Source: Nitrospirota bacterium (GTDB taxonomy: Bacteria > Nitrospirota > UBA9217). From it: DNA of 64,000 bases. The translations under genes and the position numbers were made by a program. The stretch is from positions 1 to 64,000 of the forward strand of contig OY760142.1 of the NCBI GenBank assembly GCA_963663225.1, in the 5' to 3' direction. Positions 17,826 to 28,034 of this stretch are shown here, one piece after another (positions within the stretch are counted from its first letter, which is position 1; each line of letters opens with the position of its first letter). The notes under the pieces are model-generated. The model was not told where the DNA came from. It worked only from the letters and a program-made list of their open reading frames with translations, and ran no database searches.

Positions 17826-17956
17826 CTATTTGGCAGCAGTAATTTTTAACTACGAATTAAAAAGCTTCAAGTTACATTAGTATAGTTCCCTTCTTATCAT
17901 ATTAATCAATAGGTTTTACCCTTTCCGCTAGACGTATTCGCACATCGACATAATCA

Positions 17957-17972
17957 TGGCATGCTATTTGTA
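17957..17972 (+). promoter_or_regulatory. Sigma54 (-24/-12) promoter candidate
   Basis: TGGCATGCTATTTGTA versus consensus TGGCACG-N4-TTGCW (GT instead of GC at -12); about 130 nt downstream of the candidate activator site. Confidence 0.55.
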
Positions 17973-18372
17973 ATGCTTATAACAGCTGTTCAAATAGCAA
18001 CACTCAACATTCTCGTTGGAAAAGCAGCCAAGATTCTCTACATAGCATATAAAGCTTTGATCCATTTCAATTAGCAAACATTCTAAAAGAGACGCGTACG
18101 ACGAAATAGAATCATGCCTGAAGCAAGAAGTTCCGTCTGTCGCATCGTTGACTGGTTGACTAGTTTAGGACCTGTTCTAGCACAGGAAGACGGTATATCT
18201 TCGTTGTACAAATTACTCTCGCTGAAGGAAGGGGGGGATGAGTATAGAAGACAGTACCAGACTATGAACACCAATAATTTTTTTGCAAGTTGTATTAAAT
18301 CAAGGTTATATGATGCTGTTACCCTTGGAATCAAAATTGTCTAATTATGACGGGAGATGAAAGGAGCAATTC

Positions 18373-19689
18373 ATGGAAATGAAGAAAGAAAAGCCCACCA
18401 AAATGCGATGGTATGTCCTGTTTATGGCGAGCTTGATGTATCTGGTTACCTATATGGACCGGGTCAACATATCCGCCGCAGCGCCGATCATCAGGCAGGA
18501 ATTTGGCTTTGATAAAATCACCATGGGTATCATTTTCAGTATGTTTACATGGGGCTATGCCATGTTCCAGGTTCCGGGCGGCTGGTTGGGCGACAAGTTC
18601 GGGCCGAGAAACGTTTTGACGACAATTGTGACCTATTGGTCCATCATGACAGCAGCAACTGCCCATTGCGTTGGAGTGCTCTCATTCTCGATTGTCCGCT
18701 TCCTGTTCGGCATAGGCGAAGGCGGTGCATTCCCCACGGCAACGCGCGCGATGCAGATGTGGTTTACCAGATCAGAGCGCGGAATTGTGCAGGGCGTGAC
18801 TCACAGCGCAAGCCGTCTTGGTGCCGCAATTGTGCCTCCTATTACCGTGGCAATCATACAGGCTTTTGGCTGGCGCGCCGTGTTCTACATCTTCGGCGCA
18901 GTCGGTCTCCTTTGGGCCTTGGTGTGGTGGTACACGTATAAAGATATGCCTGAAGAGCATAAAGGGGTGAACAAGGCAGAACTCGGCCATATTCGCGGTG
19001 TCGATGAAAATGGAAACATAAAAGCTGCGAATATTGTCAAAAACCCGAAAGTGCCCTGGAGCGTGCTCTTAAGACATCCCAATATGTGGGCCATCATGTG
19101 CGGATATTTCTGCTACAACTACAACCTGTGGATATTCCTCTCTTGGCTTCCGACTTACCTCGTCGACCATCGTGGTTTTACTTTGGTGAAGATGGGTATC
19201 TTTGCCTCCCTGCCTCTTCTGGCCGGTGTTGTTGGTGATACCGTCGGCGGCTGGGCAAGCGATAAATTGCTCGAAAAAACCGGCCACACCAAATTCTCCC
19301 GGCGCGTGGTGGCAATCATAGGTATGCTCGGTTGTGCGATCTTTATGCTGGCCACCGCGCTTTCAACTGATGCGTACATGGCGGTGGGTTGCCTAACGGC
19401 AGCCATGTTCTTCCTTGAATGCATCATCGGTCCGGCATGGGCAGTCCCCATGGATGTCGGCGGACCATATTCAGGAACAGTGTCAGGTATGATGAACATG
19501 GCGGGAAATACCGGCGGAGCACTTTCACCGTTGGTCTTTGGCGTACTGGTAACGTATATGTCTTGGGAAGCACCTTTTTACGTTGCATCAGCACTGCTTG
19601 CTGTAGGTGCCTGCATCTGGGCATTCTGGCTCAATCCTGAAATTTCCGTTATTGATAAAGGCAATGTCGTAGTCAAGCATCATCAATAA
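18373..19689 (+). CDS. MFS transporter, anion:cation symporter (GudP/DgoT-like) family
   Basis: YMDRVNIS, QVPGGWLGDKFG, RFLFGIGE and WF...ERG motifs; hydrophobic pattern consistent with about 12 TM segments. Confidence 0.92.
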   Translation: MEMKKEKPTKMRWYVLFMASLMYLVTYMDRVNISAAAPIIRQEFGFDKITMGIIFSMFTWGYAMFQVPGGWLGDKFGPRNVLTTIVTYWSIMTAATAHCVGVLSFSIVRFLFGIGEGGAFPTATRAMQMWFTRSERGIVQGVTHSASRLGAAIVPPITVAIIQAFGWRAVFYIFGAVGLLWALVWWYTYKDMPEEHKGVNKAELGHIRGVDENGNIKAANIVKNPKVPWSVLLRHPNMWAIMCGYFCYNYNLWIFLSWLPTYLVDHRGFTLVKMGIFASLPLLAGVVGDTVGGWASDKLLEKTGHTKFSRRVVAIIGMLGCAIFMLATALSTDAYMAVGCLTAAMFFLECIIGPAWAVPMDVGGPYSGTVSGMMNMAGNTGGALSPLVFGVLVTYMSWEAPFYVASALLAVGACIWAFWLNPEISVIDKGNVVVKHHQ

Positions 19690-19819
19690 TAATTATTTAC
19701 TTTTTCGGGGGTCAGCCATCAATGTCCAAAGTGGCTGACGTTGTATGGCTGACCCCGCATTGCTCGAAGCGTAATTACAGAATAATAACCGGCAGACACA
19801 CGAAAACAGGAGGCTGATA

Positions 19820-20596
19820 ATGCAAGGTATGATAGAACTTTTCCATGCCGATTCACTGGGCGGACCAATGAATGAACTGAAGAAGGCATTTGAGGCCAGA
19901 AACACAGGAGTCACTATTAATCTTACTTCAGGTCGTTCCAAAGAACTCGCAGAACGTATCTTGAATGGAGATACCTGTGATATTTTCGCCCCCTCCGATC
20001 CTCAGGTTATTAAAAACCTGATGACTAAACGGGTTCAGGAAAAGCTGGCTGCGTCCTGGTATATTGCGTTTTCGGCCAATGAACTGGTTGTCATTACAAA
20101 AAAAGGCAATCCTTTCGGCATAAAACGAATGAACGATCTAACAAAAGATGGGGTCGTCCTTGCGCGAGTAAGCGGTGAAACCGATATGGGTACGAATCGG
20201 ACAATCGAATTCATCCAAAACGCGACGGCAGAGGAAGAAAATTCCGGTTTGGCACAACAAATAATAGACAGTGCTCTGAAAGCGGGCACTGTTCCCGGCG
20301 TTTTGCAGGCAGTCCAAAGCGGCAGGGCGAATGTTGGCATCGTCTATCTCTCAGCAGCGGTGTCGATTGCCAACGATGTAGATATTATTTATTTTCCAGC
20401 GACTGTAAATTTAAGCAAAAAAATCGTCAATGTAGTCACCATCCCAAGTACTGCAAAAAATATTAGAGCAGCAGACAGTTTCATTAAGCTGCTTCTGTCT
20501 GCGGATGGGAGACAAATTTTAAAGAAAACCGGGCAGCCGCCGATCGTGCCACCGCACACAGAAGGCAGCGTGCCCCCGAGTCTTCTCGCAGACTGA
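19820..20596 (+). CDS. ModA/WtpA-fold solute-binding-like protein lacking a signal peptide
   Basis: FHADSL, SGRSKELA, DIFAPSD, FSANELV and GIVYLS motifs. ATG after SD AGGAGG leads directly into the mature fold. Confidence 0.8.
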   Translation: MQGMIELFHADSLGGPMNELKKAFEARNTGVTINLTSGRSKELAERILNGDTCDIFAPSDPQVIKNLMTKRVQEKLAASWYIAFSANELVVITKKGNPFGIKRMNDLTKDGVVLARVSGETDMGTNRTIEFIQNATAEEENSGLAQQIIDSALKAGTVPGVLQAVQSGRANVGIVYLSAAVSIANDVDIIYFPATVNLSKKIVNVVTIPSTAKNIRAADSFIKLLLSADGRQILKKTGQPPIVPPHTEGSVPPSLLAD

Positions 20597-20693
20597 TTAT
20601 ACGATCCGTTTACCAATATCTTGCTGTTCCCCTTTGGGGCAGTAATTTATAATAGGCATCAGACATTTTACAGAAAGCGGAGGTGGATTTATC

Positions 20694-20993
20694 TTGGCTA
20701 AAAATTTACCGATAGTACCTACGGCAAAAGCGAACAGCATGGCCGAAGCACCGTCAGGGATAGCCTGGCGTGAACAGCACCCGGTCATCAACGACAAGTG
20801 CAATCAGTGTTTGGTATGTACCCTATACTGTCCGGAAGGCGCATTACAGCAGGACAAAGGCAAGGTGGTGCTCGTGTTGGATTTATGCAACGGTTGCGGC
20901 ACCTGCGCAGTGGAATGTCCGGAAAAGGCAATCGCCATGGTTCCCGAGTTTGAGGGTGATCGAGGCGTGTTCCCCTTAAAGGAGGGCAAATAA
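20694..20993 (+). CDS. porD: 2-oxoacid:ferredoxin oxidoreductase delta subunit (2x[4Fe-4S])
   Basis: WR...P, CNQCLVC...CP and CNGCGTC...CP. Confidence 0.9.
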   Translation: MAKNLPIVPTAKANSMAEAPSGIAWREQHPVINDKCNQCLVCTLYCPEGALQQDKGKVVLVLDLCNGCGTCAVECPEKAIAMVPEFEGDRGVFPLKEGK

Positions 20994-22141
20994 TGAGTGT
21001 AACGTTACTGACAGGCAGTGAAGCCGCGGCCTATGGGGCCAAGCTGGCGAAGATTGAAGTACTGGCATATTATCCCATCACCCCTGCGTTTCCCGCGATG
21101 GAGCGGCTGAGCAAATTTATCGACGACGGTGAGTTGAATGCCCGGTTTGTGCGTGTGGAAGGCGATCACAGCGCGCTGGCCGCGGCCCTTGGCGCATCGT
21201 TGGCAGGAAGCAGGGCCTTCACGGTGACCAATTCCCAGGGTCTTTTGTACATGACCGAGGTGGTGTATCACACGGCAGGCCTGCGGCAGCCGGTGGTCAT
21301 GGCAGTGGCCAACCGGGCGCTTTCCGCACCCCACAGCCGTTTCCCCGAGCACGGCGATGTGATTTCCCAGGACGCCAGCGGCTGGATTCTGCTGTTTTGC
21401 GAGAACAACCAGGAAGTACTGGACACCACCCTGCAGGCGTTCAAGGTTGCAGAAACATGCCGTCTGCCGGTGATGGTCAACTACGAGGGATACATTCAAT
21501 CCCATACCCAGGAAGAAGTGGATGTTCCGGAGCAGGCAAAGGTGGACGCGTTCCTGCCCTTCAAGCGGGTGGCCACGCTGGACGTCAACAATCCGCAGGG
21601 CGTGAACACCGTTGCCAGCCCTGAGTTTTATATGGATTACAAGTTCCGCCAGAATGAAGCAATGGAGCAGGCACTGGAAACCATCAACACGACCGCGGGC
21701 GACTTCGGCAAGGCATTCGGCCGGAACTGGTCCGGTGTCATCGAAGGCTACCAGATGGCCGACGCAGAGCATGCGGTGGTGGCCATGGGTTCAGCCGTTG
21801 CTGACTGCCGGGTGGTTGTGGATGCATTGCGCGCAGAAGGCAAGAAGGTTGGGCTGGTCAAAGTCAGATCGTTCCGCCCCTTCCCTGCCGAGGCGCTGCG
21901 CACGATGTTAAAGAACACCAAGCTGGTGACTGTCCTGGACAAGAACATCGTGTTCGGATCCGGCGGCGCCCTTGGAAACGAGACAAAATCAGCGCTGTAT
22001 GGTCATTTTGCAGTCCCCGTAAAGAACTTCATTGTCGGCCTGGGCGGCCGGGACTTCAGACCGGATGAAATCAAGCAGGTGCTCAGCCAGTCTGAAGAGC
22101 GTGCGAAACAGACAGCAGCGTATGAATGGTTCGGATTATAA
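20993..22141 (+). CDS. porA: 2-oxoacid:ferredoxin oxidoreductase alpha subunit
   Basis: YPITP, NSQGLLYM, ANRALSAP, VRSFRPFP and GLGGRD motifs. Confidence 0.93.
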   Translation: MSVTLLTGSEAAAYGAKLAKIEVLAYYPITPAFPAMERLSKFIDDGELNARFVRVEGDHSALAAALGASLAGSRAFTVTNSQGLLYMTEVVYHTAGLRQPVVMAVANRALSAPHSRFPEHGDVISQDASGWILLFCENNQEVLDTTLQAFKVAETCRLPVMVNYEGYIQSHTQEEVDVPEQAKVDAFLPFKRVATLDVNNPQGVNTVASPEFYMDYKFRQNEAMEQALETINTTAGDFGKAFGRNWSGVIEGYQMADAEHAVVAMGSAVADCRVVVDALRAEGKKVGLVKVRSFRPFPAEALRTMLKNTKLVTVLDKNIVFGSGGALGNETKSALYGHFAVPVKNFIVGLGGRDFRPDEIKQVLSQSEERAKQTAAYEWFGL

Positions 22142-22159
22142 GAATAAGGAGGAAGGCTT

Positions 22160-23026
22160 GTGACGATCAATATAAAAGAGTTACCACAACAGGATTTATT
22201 CGGCCCGGGCAACGCGGGTTGCCGCGGCTGTGGTGCCGCGATTGCCGGCAGACAGGCAATGAAAGTGTTGGGACCCCGGACCATTATCAGCATACCGGCT
22301 TCCTGCATGGCCACCCTCAGCGGGAGCAATCAGAGAACCGCATGGAGTATTCCTTTTTATCACACTCTGTTCGAGATCGCTCCTGCGATTTCATCGGGAG
22401 TCCGTGCGTCACTGGACGTCCAGGGGATCAAAGACGTGAATGTCGTATCATGGGGCGGCGACGCCGGATCGGCCGACATCGGTTTCCAGGCATTGTCGGG
22501 TGCGGCAGAGCGCAACGAATCCATTATTCATGTTTGTTATGACAATGAAATGTACATGAACACCAGCGGCCAGACCGGGAGCCAGACTCCCCTGTATGCC
22601 GCGACGACGAACGAACAGAAGGGCAAGAAGACCAATAAAAAAGATATGCTTGCGATCATGGTGGCGCATGGCGCCGGATATGTGGCAAGCGCGTCCATAT
22701 CCCATCCGCTGGACCTGATGGAGAAGTTCAAGAAGGCGGCCGCTCATGACGGTTTCGCGTATATCCACATCCTGGCCCCGTGCTATCGCGGCTGGAACAT
22801 CCCCACGGACAAGTCGGTGGACACCGCGAGAAAGGCCGTTGAAAGCGGTATGTGGGAACTGTATGAGGTAGTGGACGGCAAAAAAACCCGGACGTACGAA
22901 CCTTCATTCATTCCGGTGGCCGACTATCTGAAGCCGCAGGGCCGGTTCAAGCACCTGACGGCAGCTCAGATTCAAGAGGTGCAGAATGCCGTGAATCGCC
23001 ACTTTGGGCGTAAGGAGGCAAAATAA
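22160..23026 (+). CDS. porB: 2-oxoacid:ferredoxin oxidoreductase beta subunit (TPP binding)
   Basis: CRGCG, ASCM, GGDAGSADIG, YDNEMYMNT and APC motifs. Confidence 0.93.
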   Translation: MTINIKELPQQDLFGPGNAGCRGCGAAIAGRQAMKVLGPRTIISIPASCMATLSGSNQRTAWSIPFYHTLFEIAPAISSGVRASLDVQGIKDVNVVSWGGDAGSADIGFQALSGAAERNESIIHVCYDNEMYMNTSGQTGSQTPLYAATTNEQKGKKTNKKDMLAIMVAHGAGYVASASISHPLDLMEKFKKAAAHDGFAYIHILAPCYRGWNIPTDKSVDTARKAVESGMWELYEVVDGKKTRTYEPSFIPVADYLKPQGRFKHLTAAQIQEVQNAVNRHFGRKEAK

Positions 23027-23028
23027 TT

Positions 23029-23457
23029 ATGCGTGAGATTCGTCTACACGGTCGATTCGGGCAGCCGGTTGCCAAGCTGGCAACGGCAATAGGAAAAAAG
23101 GCCATGGCAAACGGCAAGCATGTACAGATTGCCAATGCGTTTGCCGCGTTCCGTCCCGGAGGACCCATGAATGTCGTAATCAGGACCGATGCGGCGCCGA
23201 TCAAGGAGCGGTCATCCAACAATACCAAGCCGGACATTGTAGTAGTGCTTGACAACACCTTGTTCAAGGCAATGGATGTGACCAAGGGAATGAAAAAAGG
23301 CGGCACGGTGATGGCCCTGGGCGCCGATAAAAACGTATTGGGTGACAAGGCAGGTCAGTTCACTTTTGTGGCTATGGACCCCTTCTTTAAGGGCCGTGGT
23401 GCGAATGAAGTCGAAGCCGGCGTCATCAGCAGCCTCGAAAATCAAAAGGCCATATAG
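23029..23457 (+). CDS. porC: 2-oxoacid:ferredoxin oxidoreductase gamma subunit, short and divergent
   Basis: EIRLHGRFGQP, RPGGP and PDIVVVLDNTL; only 142 aa. Confidence 0.8.
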   Translation: MREIRLHGRFGQPVAKLATAIGKKAMANGKHVQIANAFAAFRPGGPMNVVIRTDAAPIKERSSNNTKPDIVVVLDNTLFKAMDVTKGMKKGGTVMALGADKNVLGDKAGQFTFVAMDPFFKGRGANEVEAGVISSLENQKAI

Positions 23458-23497
23458 TCATACCACACATGCATCGGCATGTGTAAGGAGGAATAAA

Positions 23498-26398
23498 ATG
23501 GGCTCGGCACAAACAAACGATTCATGTTGTGGTGAAAAAAACCACACATTAAATCCGGAAAAAGTATTTACCGAGATCAAAGCAATGATCAAAGGCGACG
23601 TCCTTTACGATGATCTCACCCGGACAATTTACAGCAGTGCAGCATGTCTTTTTCAGGTGAAACCCCTGGGAATCGTGCTTCCTAAAGACAAGGATGACGT
23701 CGTCCAGGTTGTTAAATACGCCAGCAAAAATAAAATCCCTCTTATTCCCCGTGGAGGCGGTACGAGCCGCGCAGGAAATGAACTGGGTGAAGGAATCATA
23801 CTGGACTTTTCCCGCTATATGAACAATATGCTGGAGGAAAATGCAGGAGAAAAATGGGCCAGGGTCCAACCGGGCATCACGCAAGGAGGACTGAACAATC
23901 TGCTTAAACCGCAAAAGCTTTTCTTTCCGATCGACCCCTCGACGAAAGAACACTGCACATTCGGCGGCATGATTGCCAATAATTCCAGCGGTCCGCATGC
24001 CATTAAATACGGTGCTGCGCGGGATAACGTCATCTCACTCGAAATAGTTCTCCCCACTGGAGAAATTATAAACACAGGACCAGTTTCAGGTGGGGAAATT
24101 TCCGGAAACATCGGAAATATCTACCAGGGGGTTGATGATGTATTGAAACGCTACCAGAAACCTCTAGAAGATGAGAAGCCGTTCACCATCAAGAACTCCT
24201 CAGGGTATGATCTCTGGAGAATCAAGAACAATGGAACAATGGATCTCACTTCACTTTTGGTAGGTTCCGAAGGCACGCTCGGCATCATTACTGAAGCGAA
24301 AGTCAAGCTCTGGCCGTTGCCGGGTAAAACACTGGGCGGTCTGGTCTATTTCGACAGCCTGGAGAAAGTCGGCAAGGCAGTCGTGAAAATACTCGAATTT
24401 TCTCCGACCATGCTGGAAATTATTGAACGGCGGATTCTCGACTTGGCCCGTCAACAGAAGGCTGAAATGCGTCCCTACCTGCCGGACGGCATAGAAGCGA
24501 TGCTCTTCATCGAGTTTGAAGAAAAAGATGAGGCTGAGCTCCGCAACAAGTTTGCCAAAGTCGAACAGGCCATGAAGAGCGAAAACTTGTCCATCGATAT
24601 GAAAGTAGCGAAGGACAAAAAAGACATGGAAATGCTGGGCAAAGTCCGGCAAATTTCCGGGCCTATCCTGAACAAAACAAAAGGACCGAAAAAACCAATA
24701 GCCTTCATTGAAGATGCCGCAGTCCATCCCACCAGACTCCCGCAGTATATTCAGGGACTGAGAAGCATATTCAGCAAATACGGCGTTGATGCCGGCGTCT
24801 ACGGACACGCCGGTGACGGCAACATGCACCTCATGGTTTTTCTGGATCTACGCCAGGAAGAAGAAGTCAAAAAGATGCTTGCCATTGCTGATGAGACCTA
24901 CAATCTTGTCTTTTCATTAAAAGGCACGATCAGCGGTGAGCATGGCGATGGTCGCCTTCGCACCTACTACACCAAAAAACAATACCCCAAACTGTATGCT
25001 GCATTTGAGGAAATAAAAAAACTATTTGACCCGGACAATATTTTCAATCCCGGATCAATCGTGGGCGGTGGGGAGAATCCTCTCGCTCAATATCTCAAAT
25101 TCAAAAGTAAAGATGAAAAAGCAGCATTGTCCGCCATTCTCACCAAGGAATTGGTACAAGAGGCAAGCAGCACCTGCTCCGGCTGCGGAAAGTGCCGCTC
25201 CTACTGTCCGGTAGCCATGAAAGTTCTCGATGAGTTTGCGCTTGGAAGGGCCAAGGCAACGCTGATTCGCGGCTATCTGAACGGAACCATTGATAAAAAA
25301 ATCCTGGATTCTCCAAAATTCAAAGAAGTTCTTGACGCCTGCGTAAACTGCAAACGTTGTCTGACGGAATGCCCGTCAGGAGCAGACATACCCTGGCTTG
25401 CGGTTGAAGGCCGGCATTATGTAGTGGATCGAGACGGTGAACCTTTCGGACAGAGAATTCTTGCAAGCACAAAGGATCTTTGCCGGACCTCAAGCATGTT
25501 CGCACCTTTGGTAAACCTGACCAATTCCCTGAAGCCTTTCCGTAAAGGCCTGGAACTGGCTGTTGGCCTTGATGCCCGCCGCACGCTTCCGAAGTTCCCG
25601 AACAAGACCCTGCGGCAGATGCTTGAAAACCGACCGCGGAAGACCAGCGAGAAGAAGGTTGTTCTTTTCCTAGGCTGCTATTCCACTTACAATGAGCCCG
25701 AAGAGGACGGTCTGGCAACAATAGAAATTCTTGAGAAAAACGGTTATGAAGTCCTTCTGCCTGATTTCCGCTGCTGCGGAATCGCACGCCTCAGTGCCGG
25801 AGGTATTGACCAGGTTGGGGACGACATAAACTACAACATTAAAAAGCTGTCGGAATTTGTCGACAAGGGCTATCCCATCATTTTCAGCGAATCAAGCTGC
25901 GCCCTTGCGATCAAGATGGAATATCCGAAAATTGTGAATTCGGACGATGCAAAAAAAGTTTCAAAAAACTGTATTGATATCCATGACTTCCTGATGCAGC
26001 TCCACAAAAAAGGAGAGCTTAATCTGGATTTCGGCAAAATAGACCTTAAAATCGGATATCACAATCCCTGCCATCTCCGGGCCCTCGGGGTCACTAAGCA
26101 ACCGGTTGAATTGCTCAACCTGATCCCCGGTGTAACTGCCCAGGCATATTCCGACGCATGCTGCGGTATCTCAGGAACATTCGGTATGAAGAAGAAGAAT
26201 TTCGATCTCTCTATGAAAATCGGAGAGCGGTTGTTTAAAGAGATAAAGGCTTCAGACGCGCAGGAGCTTGCCACCGGATGCGGCGCTTGTGCAATGCAGA
26301 TATTCCAGGGAACGCAAAGAAAAGCGGTAACCCCGGTATCGCTGCTCGCAAAAGCATATAAGTTGAAGGAACAATCCTCAACTGCCAAAGCAAGTTAA
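23498..26398 (+). CDS. FAD-linked 2-hydroxyacid dehydrogenase fused to Fe-S/CCG domains (GlcD+GlcF, YdiJ-like)
   Basis: RGGGTS, GSEGTLG, HAGDGNMH, SGEHGDG, CSGCGKC, CVNCKRC, CCG repeats and YHNPCH. SD AAGGAGG before ATG 23498. Confidence 0.92.
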   Translation: MGSAQTNDSCCGEKNHTLNPEKVFTEIKAMIKGDVLYDDLTRTIYSSAACLFQVKPLGIVLPKDKDDVVQVVKYASKNKIPLIPRGGGTSRAGNELGEGIILDFSRYMNNMLEENAGEKWARVQPGITQGGLNNLLKPQKLFFPIDPSTKEHCTFGGMIANNSSGPHAIKYGAARDNVISLEIVLPTGEIINTGPVSGGEISGNIGNIYQGVDDVLKRYQKPLEDEKPFTIKNSSGYDLWRIKNNGTMDLTSLLVGSEGTLGIITEAKVKLWPLPGKTLGGLVYFDSLEKVGKAVVKILEFSPTMLEIIERRILDLARQQKAEMRPYLPDGIEAMLFIEFEEKDEAELRNKFAKVEQAMKSENLSIDMKVAKDKKDMEMLGKVRQISGPILNKTKGPKKPIAFIEDAAVHPTRLPQYIQGLRSIFSKYGVDAGVYGHAGDGNMHLMVFLDLRQEEEVKKMLAIADETYNLVFSLKGTISGEHGDGRLRTYYTKKQYPKLYAAFEEIKKLFDPDNIFNPGSIVGGGENPLAQYLKFKSKDEKAALSAILTKELVQEASSTCSGCGKCRSYCPVAMKVLDEFALGRAKATLIRGYLNGTIDKKILDSPKFKEVLDACVNCKRCLTECPSGADIPWLAVEGRHYVVDRDGEPFGQRILASTKDLCRTSSMFAPLVNLTNSLKPFRKGLELAVGLDARRTLPKFPNKTLRQMLENRPRKTSEKKVVLFLGCYSTYNEPEEDGLATIEILEKNGYEVLLPDFRCCGIARLSAGGIDQVGDDINYNIKKLSEFVDKGYPIIFSESSCALAIKMEYPKIVNSDDAKKVSKNCIDIHDFLMQLHKKGELNLDFGKIDLKIGYHNPCHLRALGVTKQPVELLNLIPGVTAQAYSDACCGISGTFGMKKKNFDLSMKIGERLFKEIKASDAQELATGCGACAMQIFQGTQRKAVTPVSLLAKAYKLKEQSSTAKAS

Positions 26399-26568
26399 GC
26401 AGGAAGCAAAAAACTAGTCGTTAAAGGCAGCAGGTGCAGCAGACATGTTGACACCAGGGATATGACAACGAGATTAAAAACATGTCTGCTGCTCCTTGCT
26501 GTTCCCCTTTGGGGCAGTAATTTATAATAGGCATCAGACATTTTACAGAAAGCGGAGGTGGATTTATC

Positions 26569-26868
26569 TTGGCTAAAAATTTACCGATAGTACCTACGGC
26601 AAAAGCGAACAGCATGGCCGAAGCACCGTCAGGGATAGCCTGGCGTGAACAGCACCCGGTCATCAACGACAAGTGCAATCAGTGTTTGGTATGTACCCTA
26701 TACTGTCCGGAAGGCGCATTACAGCAGGACAAAGGCAAGGTGGTGCTCGTGTTGGATTTATGCAACGGTTGCGGCACCTGCGCAGTGGAATGTCCGGAAA
26801 AGGCAATCGCCATGGTTCCCGAGTTTGAGGGTGATCGAGGCGTGTTCCCCTTAAAGGAGGGCAAATAA
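26569..26868 (+). CDS. porD: OFOR delta subunit, copy 2
   Basis: Identical to 20694-20993. Confidence 0.9.
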   Translation: MAKNLPIVPTAKANSMAEAPSGIAWREQHPVINDKCNQCLVCTLYCPEGALQQDKGKVVLVLDLCNGCGTCAVECPEKAIAMVPEFEGDRGVFPLKEGK

Positions 26869-28016
26869 TGAGTGTAACGTTACTGACAGGCAGTGAAGCC
26901 GCGGCCTATGGGGCCAAGCTGGCGAAGATTGAAGTACTGGCATATTATCCCATCACCCCTGCGTTTCCCGCGATGGAGCGGCTGAGCAAATTTATCGACG
27001 ACGGTGAGTTGAATGCCCGGTTTGTGCGTGTGGAAGGCGATCACAGCGCGCTGGCCGCGGCCCTTGGCGCATCGTTGGCAGGAAGCAGGGCCTTCACGGT
27101 GACCAATTCCCAGGGTCTTTTGTACATGACCGAGGTGGTGTATCACACGGCAGGCCTGCGGCAGCCGGTGGTCATGGCAGTGGCCAACCGGGCGCTTTCC
27201 GCACCCCACAGCCGTTTCCCCGAGCACGGCGATGTGATTTCCCAGGACGCCAGCGGCTGGATTCTGCTGTTTTGCGAGAACAACCAGGAAGTACTGGACA
27301 CCACCCTGCAGGCGTTCAAGGTTGCAGAAACATGCCGTCTGCCGGTGATGGTCAACTACGAGGGATACATTCAATCCCATACCCAGGAAGAAGTGGATGT
27401 TCCGGAGCAGGCAAAGGTGGACGCGTTCCTGCCCTTCAAGCGGGTGGCCACGCTGGACGTCAACAATCCGCAGGGCGTGAACACCGTTGCCAGCCCTGAG
27501 TTTTATATGGATTACAAGTTCCGCCAGAATGAAGCAATGGAGCAGGCACTGGAAACCATCAACACGACCGCGGGCGACTTCGGCAAGGCATTCGGCCGGA
27601 ACTGGTCCGGTGTCATCGAAGGCTACCAGATGGCCGACGCAGAGCATGCGGTGGTGGCCATGGGTTCAGCCGTTGCTGACTGCCGGGTGGTTGTGGATGC
27701 ATTGCGCGCAGAAGGCAAGAAGGTTGGGCTGGTCAAAGTCAGATCGTTCCGCCCCTTCCCTGCCGAGGCGCTGCGCACGATGTTAAAGAACACCAAGCTG
27801 GTGACTGTCCTGGACAAGAACATCGTGTTCGGATCCGGCGGCGCCCTTGGAAACGAGACAAAATCAGCGCTGTATGGTCATTTTGCAGTCCCCGTAAAGA
27901 ACTTCATTGTCGGCCTGGGCGGCCGGGACTTCAGACCGGATGAAATCAAGCAGGTGCTCAGCCAGTCTGAAGAGCGTGCGAAACAGACAGCAGCGTATGA
28001 ATGGTTCGGATTATAA
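26868..28016 (+). CDS. porA: OFOR alpha subunit, copy 2
   Basis: Identical to 20993-22141. Confidence 0.93.
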   Translation: MSVTLLTGSEAAAYGAKLAKIEVLAYYPITPAFPAMERLSKFIDDGELNARFVRVEGDHSALAAALGASLAGSRAFTVTNSQGLLYMTEVVYHTAGLRQPVVMAVANRALSAPHSRFPEHGDVISQDASGWILLFCENNQEVLDTTLQAFKVAETCRLPVMVNYEGYIQSHTQEEVDVPEQAKVDAFLPFKRVATLDVNNPQGVNTVASPEFYMDYKFRQNEAMEQALETINTTAGDFGKAFGRNWSGVIEGYQMADAEHAVVAMGSAVADCRVVVDALRAEGKKVGLVKVRSFRPFPAEALRTMLKNTKLVTVLDKNIVFGSGGALGNETKSALYGHFAVPVKNFIVGLGGRDFRPDEIKQVLSQSEERAKQTAAYEWFGL

Positions 28017-28034
28017 GAATAAGGAGGAAGGCTT

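Larger units (their letters stand above)
20620..23473 (+). repeat. 2854-bp direct repeat, copy 1 (OFOR operon)
   Basis: Matches 26495-29348 at offset 5875; all four proteins and the shadow ORFs are identical. Confidence 0.95.
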
